Positions 13,413-25,769 of a DNA stretch of 64,000 nucleotides are shown here, one piece after another (within the stretch, counting starts at the first letter, position 1; each line of letters starts with the position of its first letter). The DNA comes from Camelus ferus (taxonomy: Eukaryota). The notes beneath the pieces are model-generated. The model had not been told where the DNA came from. It saw only the letters and a list, made by a program, of their open reading frames with translations, and made no database searches. Both the position numbers and the translations under genes were made by a program. The DNA lies in the NCBI RefSeq assembly GCF_009834535.1, contig NC_045696.1:103356001-103420000 (forward strand), written 5' to 3'.

Positions 13413-14906
13413 AATTAGAGGGTAACTGTATTCAAACCAGATCTGATAAAGTTTCAAATTAAACAAGTGCTGGCCACATAAAGGAACCAGGGTAAGGAGA
13501 TAGCAGGTAGGATACGGTGGTCAGTTGAATGGGGAGGGGTTGATTATTTCTGAATTGTATCACTGGGTGCGTGATAATCACATGTGACGCCAAGTTCAGT
13601 CCTGTACTAAGACTGAAGGAGAAGCAGATTTGGGTCCTAGGCCTTGCTGGGTGGGCATAAGAAAGACAAAGAATTTGATTTTTGGAATGTGGAATTGGAG
13701 GGGAAATGATAGATGACAAAGGGGCAGAGAGAGAAACTGAAAAGAAGGAGCCAAGGCTATAGTTGAAAACTCAGGAGACAGAATAAATAATTGATGGGTG
13801 AGTTCCCTTGAGGAGACCAGAAGTACAAAGCAGACATGGAAGAAGTAATTTATATGAGACTTTCTATTCAGAGAGAAATACGGAAAAGTATGTGAGAGCA
13901 CAGATCAGGGCACAGGTTGAGGAAGAAAAGCTGTAATTTAGCCTGGTGGCCTGAGCTCCGTGCTGCAGGCGTTGTGAGCATCTGCTGAGAGTTAGGAGAT
14001 CAGAGAAGGGCATTAAGGAGGTGGACAAGCTTTGGAAGAGCTAAGGTGGGGAGCCAGCTGAGGAAGGAGACTGAGAGGAAGGCGTCTTTCTGGTCCCGCT
14101 CTTCAGTGTTGGTTTTTCCCCAGAGTTTCAATATTGACCCTCTTGCACACATTTCCTGTGTGACCTCCTTTGCTAAATTGGATCCCTACTGTTACCTTCT
14201 AAGAGAAACACTGATAAACTGAAGTTTGTCGGGAGGAGTTAAGTAGTTGATATGGGAGTTTAGAAAATTATTGGTTGGTTTTTCATTTGGGAGGATAGCA
14301 CTTTGCTACCTTAATTTGAAATTTAAGTGGTTGAAATCACTTGAAAACACTATACAGATCCCACGGTTTCCAACATCAGTAACTAGGTGGCTTGTTTATT
14401 TCTCTACTAGAATAAAGCCTCAGAAAACTACCAAGTCAACATTTTCAAAACGTGTTAACTTTTAGTATAAAATTTTGTGTTATACTGTAAAGAAATTCTA
14501 ATAGATATTTATCTTATTTCATGTTATACTTCATGCATTTTTTTCTTGTTCTATGATTTCTAATAAAGATCTAACTGGAAGTCTCAACTCTGATATAAAC
14601 TACGATTTGCATTATGTGTTCTCTAAATATTTTTTCCTCTAAAAAACCAGCTGAAAGTCCAGTAGTTGTCAGATAGACCGAACTATTTATTCTGCAGATT
14701 TGCTCTTCAGCAGAGCTAATTGTATTCCCTACAACAAAGCGTTACTTAGTATGGCTTTTCAGTATGGCTTCTTGTTTCTAACTTCCTTATTAAGGTAGTT
14801 GGAAATTACTTAAGCAAAGCTAGGCTTAGGACCAGGGATGGATAGGTGGACAGAAGGTGCCCTTGATATCGCAGAACATTAACCTAGTGTTTTGATATCA
14901 TTTCAG

Positions 14907-15010
14907 GTAACATTTCATTTGTTGCATTTCCAGTTTCCAGCACCAACTCACCAACAAAGATTTTACCAAAAACCTTAGGACCAATAAATGTGAATGTTGG
15001 ACCCCAAATG
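14907..15010 (+). CDS. TFDP2: TFDP2 coding exon (G)NISFVAFPVSSTNSPTKILPKTLGPINVNVGPQM
   Basis: tttcag| acceptor, |gtaaga donor; 104 nt (phase 1 to 0); translation matches the DP-2 N-terminal region as I recall it. Upstream coding exons are outside the window. Confidence 0.93.
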
Positions 15011-16470
15011 GTAAGAAAATCATCAAATCTTGGGATTTGAATCTTCGCTTAGGCAAAGCTAATTTAAAGGGTAGTTGTCCTAAAGATGCGTGGTCAAATA
15101 TTCCAGTTAATTTCTTATCTCAGTCACTTATTTTTTAAAGTTTGGTTTTTATCTGCATGTAACTGATTAGTCTTGAGAAAAAGAAGGGCATTATGTTCCT
15201 CAATGTTTAATTTTCATGTATTTGAATGTGTTAAAGTTTTTGCTCCCTATATGAGGCTTCTCTTGTTTTCAATTGTTTAATTAAATGGATTTGAAATCTG
15301 TTTTATGTTCTCCTTTTTGCTTTTTCTTGTAAAATAATCTTTATGGTCTAAACTGTGTACTCTCATATAAATTGAATATGACCCAACAGTTAATCTATCT
15401 GAAGCTACTAATTTAAAGCTCTTTAATTAGAGAAGCAACACACCAATTGGGAAGAAGCAACACACCAATTCATTTTAATCTTTAGTAGTAGAAATAATGG
15501 ATGAAAATGGAAAATATTTAACTATTTCTCTGAAGATAGCCCATTCATTATACTAGAGTTTGAAATATATAGCACTTTTAAGAAAGCCTTATTTTTAAAC
15601 AAAGTTGCATGCAGCTACAAAACAGCAACACAACTAATTTAAATGGCTTCACCCACCATTAACAAAAGTACATACATGTTGGAACAATAATTCTTCATTC
15701 TGAGTGCTTATATCTTATCTATAGAGCAATAAGTATAAACTTTGTAATGTTCGGGACTCTGGACTATATTTAGACAAAAATCTCTTTGAACATACTTAAT
15801 GGCTTCAGAAAATCTTTAAGAGCTTAAGACATTCTAGACATGACATTTCTCTCTATCCCTTGAGGACTGTTAATCATCTGCAGAATTCAAGCTAAAGGTG
15901 TTGCATAATACTGTAACTATGTGAAGAATGTAGTCTAGCTCCAAGCTTCCTAGAAACTTCAGTTCAGGTAGAGTATCCCCATTTCAAGGTAGTTCAGGGT
16001 ATATTTTCAAACATTTGCTAAACATTTGCCCCTCACCAGCCTCTACGGTAGGTGTAGATGGGATTGCACAGCTGACTTGAAAGTCTGTATTTTGAAATGT
16101 GATTGTATAAACATCGAAACCAAACAAACATACCCAAACTTTCATGAGTTTGGCCCTTACAGTATTCCTCTGTTTTGAGAGACTGTTTCCTCTGCGTATT
16201 TTAGTGATGCTGCTATGGCTCAAATTTGATTCTTCTTTTGGAAGCATAACTTGTCTTCCCACTGTCAGTTTGAACTCATGTACATGTAGGTCTTTATGCA
16301 CTTCGGTTCTGACACTGAGAAGCAGTCACATATATTACCTACTCAATTGCTGCAAACCTCAGAGTCAGCAAAGCAAAGATGAGGAGAAGGAGAGGAGATC
16401 ATTTGATTTCCTAATATATTGTAGAACCCCAACGAGAGCCATTTCTCTCTTCTCCTCTTGCTTGTCTCTT

Positions 16471-16561
16471 ATTTTGGGGGGTTAGAGGAAGTGCTGGGGA
16501 TTGAACCCAGGACCTTGTGCGTGCTAAGCGTGCGCTCTACCACTTGAGCTATACCGTCCCC
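16471..16561 (-). mobile_element. tRNA-Ala-derived SINE (camelid Vic-1-like)
   Basis: Minus strand ggggacggtatagctcaagtggtagagcgc...gggttcaatcccc (Pol III A and B boxes); imperfect 14-bp TSD at 16457-16470 / 16562-16575. Confidence 0.85.
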
Positions 16562-19321
16562 CTCGCTTGTTTCTTGAGTGTTGTCCTCTCACCTTCAATC
16601 TGCCATCTGTGATTGTAAAAAACATTTTGTTGTAAAATTCTTAAATAAAACCTCACCTGTTTGTTTCTTCCAGTTATCTTTCTCTACTTGCCTTTTAAAT
16701 TCTACATGTCTCTTTGGAAGCCAAACCTTACTGGTAGATAGAAATTTCAAAAAGTCTCAAGAAATACGTTTTCTGTGTTTGTAGGAAGTAGTTTAGCGGT
16801 AACTGTTTTAGTTTGAGATACTTGCCCTTTTCTTAAAAGTACTTTTTAAAAAAGTGGTTTTATGTAAGTAAGATAATCTAATGGTTATCTTTATTTTAAC
16901 ATGGTTAAAAACTGCATATTTCTTACAGTGAAAACAAAAACTTTGTCAAATCATGAAACCCTTTAATATAACACTTTATATAGATTCTTTCTCTTTGGAG
17001 TATAGATGCCCTCTTGGCTTTTCTTACTGTAGATGGCAGTAGTACATAAGAGATCTTGATTGAGGGCAGAAAATCTTTAGAGGAGGTTCAGTTGCTGTGT
17101 GATTTTTCACAGGATAACTGTAATCTGTTATCAAAAAACCCACATAATTACATTTAAATTAAGGATGTCTTTGGGTTTTTTTGGTGAGGAGGTGGGGGAG
17201 ACTAAAATTTAAAATGAATGTTCATTCTCCTTTATCAGGTCAACTGAATCTTATATTAATTTGGAATTTCAAAATAATGGTTCAGTTTTATAAAGCATGT
17301 ATGATCTATCACCTGTATAAACTGTTCTGTGTTCGTTGGTTGACCAGGTTCTGTTGACTTTCCTTTGGGTTTGTTTCTTAAGGCTCACTGTCACAGTCCT
17401 CGTTTAAGAACCCATTGCATCTCCTACGAACTTCTAACTTATGGCTCCAACGCAGGTCTACCATGCCTCCAGTTTGTTTATTCACGAAATGTTTATTAAG
17501 GGCTTGCTGTGTACCAGGCTCTGTGCCAAGAGAAAGGAACAGAGAGTGTTGCTGGTCACTCCCAGATCAGCAAAGAAAACCAGCTGACAGTCTGATATTG
17601 AGGAAGAAAAACCAAACTAGAATATAACAATTTATTTTCCAGAGTCATTCCCAGTAAGATAACTAGCTTTTCTCTATGCCCCGTTTGCCTTCCCCTTTTC
17701 TTCTTTTTTTCTTCTTTTTTTTTCTACAGTGCCCTTTAAATCAGGTAAAACAAAGCTTGTAGGCTCCTAATAACAGATAAAGAAAACAACTCCTTAGTAA
17801 TAATACTGCACAGGTAATGCAGTCTGTTTCAGGGGTGAGTTGGAATGCTTAGAGCTGATTTGTGGAGACTGCTGTTCTAGGAATAGAGCAGACCAGAGAC
17901 TGATCAGATACTCAGAGTGTCCTTCTTAAGCCGCCACACTCAGGGTCAGCATGATAGAGAACATTTAAATGTGTGATGCAGTAATTGATGGGACTATGCC
18001 CTTTATATCATATTTCCTTACTGGATTTTATATGAGCCTTTCTAGCATATCAGTGAACAAAGAAGCAACTTTTCCCCCATCACTTTAAAAGCTAGGTGTT
18101 CTGTCTCAGTGCAGTCATGTTTACTGCACCTTTCCTGTGAGCGTCTCCTAGCACTACGGTTGGTCCCGCAGACACTGTCCACCCTTGAAAGATCTTGCGT
18201 TGAAATGGAGGTGGGGGTGCAGGTGGCGCACGTGGAGGGCTAGGCGGCATAAACACATTGTGTAGTGTTCGTGTTTTTTCATGAGGCAAGCTTCTGAATG
18301 CCCTGTTTAATAATCCTTGGTGTATTATGAGAATCAGATTAGGGGAACCAGACGTCTGTCACTATTTGTTGTATTTTGTTTTTCTATTTTTCAACTATAG
18401 AATTAACTTACTAAAATGATTTCTGAAGCATTTGTATGTAGCAGCACCTCTCTGGCCCCATTAATTCCCCCATTCCCTGGAGCATGCCCTTACTGGTTTT
18501 TTTTGATGAAAATATTTGTAAAGATATTCTTATGGTGCCAGATTGTTTTTTTGTGTTGTCATAAACATTTTTGGAAAAAAATGTGTTCTATTCACCAATG
18601 AATATTCTAAGACCTGGAAAGCAATTTGATAACACATCTCAAGAAATTTCTTAAAAAGTCAATATCCTTAGTTCCATTAATTCCCTTTCTGGAGTCTACC
18701 CTTAGGAAGTAGAAGTTAAGGCCAAGATCATTGTACAAAAATGTTTATCACAGCATTATTTATAATACTGAATAATTGAATAGTCATAAAAATCTAATAA
18801 TAGAGAATAATTAATTTACATGGTGAAATGTTTTGTATCTTTGAAGAGTATTTAATAGCATGAGAAAATGCTTTAAAAAAACAGATAAATTGCATCTATA
18901 TAATAATACAAATTGTATAATGTCTTTGCATGTATTTCTGGACTGTGAGGACCTAATTTTCTGTTACCCTAGTTCCAGTAAATCAAGTTCAACTGCAATT
19001 AGTTTTCATAATTTCAAAGAAGGCTTTTCATTTTTCTAATTTTTAAGATACTGTCACTTGCCAGTTTAATCCTTCCAAATTGCTGTTCACTTGCTGCAAC
19101 TTACAGTATAACTTCACAGCAGTATTCAGGATACTTGTGCTGTAAGATCTCATGACATAAGTGAGTCAAAGGCATCGCTTACATTTTAGGTGATTGATAT
19201 TAAGTGCTTCTTAGACAGGAAGTGTTCCTCCTTGTACATAGGTTAGCCTTCAGCATTGTTTTCTGCCTGTAAGCTTTTCTTAATAACTAAGAATATTATT
19301 TTCTTTGTCCTGACTTTGCAG

Positions 19322-19443
19322 ATTATAAGCACACCACAGAGACTAACCAGTTCAGGAAGTGTTCTGATTGGGAGTCCGTATACCCCTGCACCAGCGATGG
19401 TTACTCAGACACACATAGCAGAAGCCACTGGCTGGGTCCCAGG
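19322..19443 (+). CDS. TFDP2: TFDP2 coding exon IISTPQRLTSSGSVLIGSPYTPAPAMVTQTHIAEATGWVP(G)
   Basis: tttgcag| acceptor, |gtaaga donor; 122 nt (phase 0 to 2); contained in ORF 19256..19447. Confidence 0.96.
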
Positions 19444-20847
19444 GTAAGAGTGTTGCTCCAAACTGCTATTTTTAAAAACATTTTTTTAAAGTTCTGATCT
19501 TTTTTTCCTCACTGTCTTATCTTCTGTTCTTGTTTTATGTTGTTGAAAACTAATGTGTCTCCTTTAAAATCGCCTGTTTTATTCCACTTTGTATCTTAGA
19601 TATAAATCAGCTTTGGAGCAACCATTTTTAAACAGAAGAATAGAACAGTAACTTGTAACTGGATCTTCTGACTTTCTGCAACTCTGAAAGACCTCTTTAT
19701 GATTATGACATTTAGCTGCTTTTGAGATATAAAAGCTGCACTTTATACTGATTTAACAAACATAAGAAAGGAGTGATATGCTGAGTTGTAGACGTACTCA
19801 GAATTTCTCCAATGCATTCTTATTTCCTTTAAAATCAGAAAAAGAACTAGGAAAAAGAAGCCATATTTAAAACTTTCATTGAATTTTATATTGATTCTTT
19901 TTAAACACTGGGGTGTTGAATCAGTACCCCTTCTTTGTTACTCATTTGCCACTTTTAGTATCAAATCTCTACCTTTCATCCTGACCTGTAAAATACCCTT
20001 ACCCATCCTTTCTCCACTCCTTTATCATTTCAGCATCTCAGCCTTCCGTAAAAGAAAAAGAAATAGTGAAATAAATGACTCAAGACTTCATTTGGTCACT
20101 TTAGAAGTTACTTCCAGAGTGGCATGCCGCGCTGGTGGCTCCACCACTGACTTATAGCTGTGAGGTCTAGCAAGCAGACAGTAAAGCTTGGTCGAGTAAG
20201 AATCTCCTTGCTTCAGGAATATTGGAGAAATGAATGAAATAACAATCCTAGCAAAGAGCTTTAAGAAACACACGCACACACACACACACGTACATGTGTG
20301 TACATATTTTTCCATTATCAAGTGAGATGAAGCGACAGAATCACCTGTAATCCCATGGCCTTTATTCAGTCCTTAACAACGTTCTCTTGGAGATCTAAAG
20401 GTTACCTTGGATTTTTGCTTGGTCTTGAGAGAGAGTTACGTGAAAGCCAAGCCTGTGCCAGCAGTGCTGGCCCCCTTTGGAGATAACCAGGGCTTGGGTA
20501 TTTTCATCACCAGCTGTGCTTTATATTGGGGGTAGTATGATTATCTAGTGTTTTCATGGCCATTTAGTCTAGACTGAATAAAACTTTTCTGTGCCTCCTC
20601 CTCTATAAATCTACAATAGTTTCGTTTCTAAAGATTCATTGAGCTCATTTCAGACTATGAGTATTATGTTGGGATTTCTTGGTCCAGTGAGTGATAAAAT
20701 TCAACTTTTTATTTTAAGTATCTGTCTTTTATATTTGTTGGTTTTGTGTTTAGATATATTCAGTGGAGGATTAGACAAGTTACAAGAAATTATTCATGAA
20801 ATAATAATGCTTGTGCTCTTTTGACGGTTATCTTTTTTTCTTTTCAG

Positions 20848-20895
20848 TGACAGAAAACGGGCTAGAGAATTTATAGACTCTGATTTTTCAGAAAG
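20848..20895 (+). CDS. TFDP2: TFDP2 48-nt cassette exon (E region) (G)DRKRAREFIDSDFSE(S)
   Basis: Strong pyrimidine tract tctttttttcttttcag|, donor |gtgagt; symmetric phase 2-2, 16 codons; matches the DP-2/DP-3 E region. Confidence 0.93.
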
Positions 20896-21267
20896 GTGAG
20901 TAAAAGTTTAAGTATTTTGTTTGGGACATGCTGCTGCATAGAAAGGGGTTTGGTGCCCAGACTCTTAAGTAGTGAGATATTTTTCTTCATATAACTTTTA
21001 ACTTCATTGAGTTTCTACCATCATTTCATTCTACACTGAGTATTCTACATCGCTCATCATTACTTAAACTTACTGTATTTGTATGATTTCAAAAGATACT
21101 ATTCTGTGAGTAGCTTGGCCATTGGCAGTATGGCATTTAGCCCCCTTCCTCCTTTTGGGAGTTGAAGTATTCTGTCAAAGTGAATACTCCACATTACCCT
21201 AAGATTCCCAAGCTTTTTAAAAACAAGTTTTATTGAACATATATAAAGATCATAGTAAATTCTCACT

Positions 21268-21630
21268 TTTTTTCTTTCAGTTTTATTGAGATATAATTGA
21301 CATACAGCACAGTGGAAGTTTAAGGTGCATAGCAGAATGGTTTGACTTACATGCATCATGAAATAATCAAACCCTCCTCATTCACATATATCATGGTTTA
21401 CATACATCATGATACAGCCTATCATCACAGTAATTTTAGTGAACCCCTACCGTCTCAAATAGGTATAAAGTTAAAGCAGTAAAAAATATTTTGTAAATAT
21501 TTTTGTAAAAAAATGCAGTAAAAAAAAATTGTTTCTTATGATGAAAGCTCTTAGGATTTAGTCTCAACAACTTTTGTAAATAATATACAGCAGTGTTAAT
21601 TGCATTTATCATGTCATACATCACACTCAC
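21268..21630 (-). mobile_element. L1 3' end (L1MA/MB-like)
   Basis: ttttattgagatataattgacatacagcac... L1 3' terminus in reverse. Confidence 0.75.
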
Positions 21631-23509
21631 TTCTTTCTTAACTAATGCATCAAGTATAATATAGCCTTTCCTGAGACTGTTACAACAGTAGTTCTCAGCT
21701 CTTATGCATTAGAATCACAGGTGGTCTGGTGAATAAATTGTAAATGCCTGTGAAGTCAGAAACTCCAGGATTAAAAACTATCACTTTAGGGTCGTTATTT
21801 GAACCTCAGTTCAATATTCCACGCAGACCACTGTATTGAGTATCATACTAATACCACACGACGTTAAGACACACAGTTGTCTAAAAGGCAGTTGAATTTT
21901 GTAAGATTGTTGCTATTTTAGATAAAATCTTGCCAGCAGTGCTTTTTAAAATTTAATTTTGATTCTGAGATTTTGTAATTGCTTTTTTCCATGATGGTTC
22001 TCCTGTTAGGTCACCTGCTTTCAATATAATAGTTTTCTCTCTCCTCCAGTTGCTCTGTCTCATTTGCTATGTACTGAGAAACTGGATGGCCAGATGTGTT
22101 AGAATTCTGTCTAAAATAAAAGTGAATAGGCTCTGAGTGAGGACCTTGGGGCTCTATAAAAGATCGTGTGTTTTCTTACATTGAGACTAGCTCTGCTTTA
22201 GTTCCTTGGTGGCCTTTGTTGCTTACTTCTTGGATCTTAACTGTTTTGAACAGACAGAATCATGTCTGAGGAACTGCTGTAGGTTGTACAAGTATATGAC
22301 GAGATGGTCTTTCCTGGTCTTCGTGTTAATCCTTGGAAAGGGCAGCAGTACAAATTATAAACATGTATTTAGCAATGTTTAAGGCCTTAAAAGAGAACTG
22401 TTCATTAGTTATGATTGGTGGCACCTATGTATTGCGAATATTATTAAAAAACAAGATTTTTTATTCTCCTTGAGAGAAAACTCTAAAGATCATGTATAAA
22501 ACTACCAGATTAAGTCTGTTGGTACAGACGTTGATTTAACTTTCCCTTTCTGCATTTGGTTCAGTGCCCCTTTTTCCTGTGCTTTTTGTTCTCTTTTTAT
22601 TCTTTAATATAACTTTCCTGTAATGAGTCCCATCCCCCTCCATAACCAAATCTCAGACGTCTGGTTTTCTTTTTTGTTCCTATTCTTCCAAATGTTATTT
22701 TCCTCCAAAGGTATGGGTTTTTATGTAACGCTGTGGTCTTCAGTTTCTTTCTCCCACAAGCTGAACTTCAAAAAGCCAGCTCTCAACAACAAAATAATCT
22801 TCCTCTCTTCATTGTCTTATATGTTGATTTGGTATCGTATGTAAGTATTTGTATTAGTGTTTCTCAAGGATATATGTGTCTCTCACACACACAGACTCCC
22901 ACATACATAGATGTATATAAGCTTTTTATCCTCATCTTAACCACTTGGGTGTACAACTTTGTTTCACACAGCTGTCTCTTTGTCAGGTCCATTTGCAAGA
23001 GCAAGTCAGTTTCTGAAGAAGTTTCATTGTTTTTTCCTTATGTTCTGATTCATTGGACTTATTTGCAAAGAGCTTGTGGATGGAGCTGTGAAACCCCCCT
23101 TTCTGGTCTTTTCTGGGGTTTTGATCCTGAAAGATGTCTGTTCACTTTCTCTTTCTTCCTTTGGACAGAAACTGGTGGTGTCTTCTAAATGTATCTCTTC
23201 CAAATAGGGAAGGGGGAGACCTATTTGGGACCTTTGTTGGGGGAGGAAGGTCCTGGGTATATCGTGGGCAGCGGCGGTACCCTATGTGTGTTTTACTTTA
23301 TTCCTGCCTGAAATCAGTAGAATTTACCACAGTGGTGTGTCACTCTTCCTTTGTACTCATGTAAGCTTAAGATCTTTCTTATTCTGTTGGAGTATAATTA
23401 AAACCCTTTTATTTACAATAAACTAATAATCTTCTAAAAAACTAATATAATTTAAACTATAATAAAAGTTAGTGTAATTAATATCTGTACTGCTTCAGTG
23501 AGATTTATG

Positions 23510-24430
23510 AATTTGTTTGTTTATCCAACAAGTATTTTAAATATCTGCTAAGCATTGGTATGTTCTAGGCATTGGTGGGAATAATAAAATAGATACGTCT
23601 CTCCTATTAAAGAGCTTATATATTTGGGGTGAGAGAGCAATAAATAAATAAGATAATTTTAGATTGTGATGGGTGGTATGCAGGAAACTAAGAAGGATGA
23701 TTTGTAAAGTATTGGAAGGATGGTGGCTACCTTAGAAAGGCCTCAGTAAGGAGGCAACATTTGAATGCAGAGAAGTGAGGTATGGAAATAGCTGGGGTGA
23801 GATGAGGAGGCAGGGCTTCTACGCACAGGGAATGGCAAATGTAGAACCCCTAAGTGAGGAAGCAGATTATACCTGGGGAAACACAGGGGCTTGGAGATGG
23901 TGAGAAAGTCCGAGTGATCAGAGATGAGGATGGAGAGGGAGGCAGGGTCAGAGTGTAGGCCTTGTCGGTCATGCTAGAGAATTTGGTTTTTATTCTAAAC
24001 AGGGTCTTAAGCAGGGAAATGACATGACTGCTGAGGGGAAAACAGATCCTAAGGAGACAAGGGCAGAAACAGGGAAATAAGTTAGAAGGCTGTTGGAGGG
24101 GGCAGTGGCCTGGCAGTGGAGATAGGGAAAAAATGGGTAAATTTTGCAGGTAGAACCAACAGAATTTATTGGTAGATTGAATGAAGGAAAGAGAGAAATA
24201 AAGGATGGGTTTTGGGTTTTTTGCAGTAAGAGCTGGGTGAATGTTGATGCCATTATGTTTACTGCAGTTAGGAGTAGGTTTGGAGAGGAATCAGGTTTTG
24301 TTTTGGACATACGAAGTTTGAAGGGTTTATGAGGTATCTAAGTGTTGAAGTCATTAGTGTGTAAGTAGTATCATCAGCATGTAAATGGTCACAGGCCTGG
24401 ATGACATGACCCAAGGAGGGGAGATAGTGA
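23510..24430 (-). mobile_element. L2 fragment
   Basis: tttgtttgtttatccaacaagtatt terminus plus purine-rich L2 body (caggtagaaccaacagaatttattggtagattgaat). Confidence 0.65.
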
Positions 24431-25164
24431 AGACCTGTAAATGATCAGCATTTATTTCCCACTCCATGTCCCCCACCCAGAACACACACACAGTGGATGC
24501 ATATTTACAGGAAAGTGGGGTTTGATTTGGGTTTTTCCCTAAATTATTTTACTAAATTACTGAATTATTTCATTGATTTAAATATTCTGGTTGACTTATT
24601 TTAATGGGAAATGAAGTTTTTATTGTATGTTATATATAATTTCTTATTTAAGTGGAATATATTTATTATAACTTAAACCTGGGGTATACTGTTATACTAC
24701 AAATTTTAGTTTTATATTACTTTTGTAAATAAATTATTATGGGAAAATATAAAAAGACAGTGGTTGTGGATTCTAGTTAAGTGCCTGGAAAGATAAATAC
24801 TTTTTTATTCTTTGGGAACAGTGCCTTTAAACATTTCAAATGAAATTATGAATACTTCAAATGAAACAAAATGTAACATGCTTTTCAAACTATGCTGTAT
24901 TTATAGTTTTATTTTCTTAAAAACTTAAAAAGTTCTCAACTTGGTTTTATTTGTTAAAGAATGCTTCCTACTAGTTCCCTTTTTTTGACTTAGGGACTAA
25001 CAGAGATGATAATGTTTACATCCCTGTGGCCAAATGTTGGTGTTATTTGGAAAGAGGGTCTTGGTGTTTCAAAGAGCTCAGGTTTTGAGAAAATGTGTAA
25101 ACTCTATTTAAGATTTAGATAGAGAGCTTCCAGTTTGAGATGATGGACTGAACACTAATTTCTT

Positions 25165-25385
25165 TTATCGCGGTATAGTTGATATACAATGCTGTGTAAG
25201 ATTTAGATGTACAGCAAAGTGATTCAGTTATACATATATATAGCATTTATATTCTTTTTCAGATTCTTTTCCATTATAGGTATTATAAGATATTGAATAT
25301 AGTTCCCTGTGCTATACAATAGGTCTTCATTGTTTATCTCTTTTACATATAGTAGTATAAACACCCATGTTTAATCCCCAACCCC
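25165..25385 (-). mobile_element. Cetartiodactyl-type L1 3' end
   Basis: tatagttgatatacaatgctgtg...gatattgaatatagttccctgtgctatac; a related piece lies at ~42555-42660. Confidence 0.75.
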
Positions 25386-25769
25386 TAGGATCATATTGAA
25401 ATTTTTGTGTGAAAAAATAATAAAAGAAATCTCTTAAATTGCCATAAAACATGGTAGAGATATAGATTTTCCAAAAGTTGGAAGATGAAAGGTGATGTGA
25501 TTAGTGATGGCAAGGAAAAGTAGAGACATCCACGTCCCAAAGTATCTATGGGAGAAGTCAGAGTTGGAGCCAGAAGCCGTTCTCACCTGCACTGACATGG
25601 GGAGGCCCCACGCTTAGAGCTGACAGGTATAAAAAGCAAGAATGATTCGGTGGGGGAAGTACTGAGGGCAATGAAATGAAGACATCCAAGGAGCCCTTGG
25701 GCCAGCAGAACCTTCTTAATCCTCCAGATCCTCTGTACCTACCATCCCATCTCCACACACAGAGAAGTT

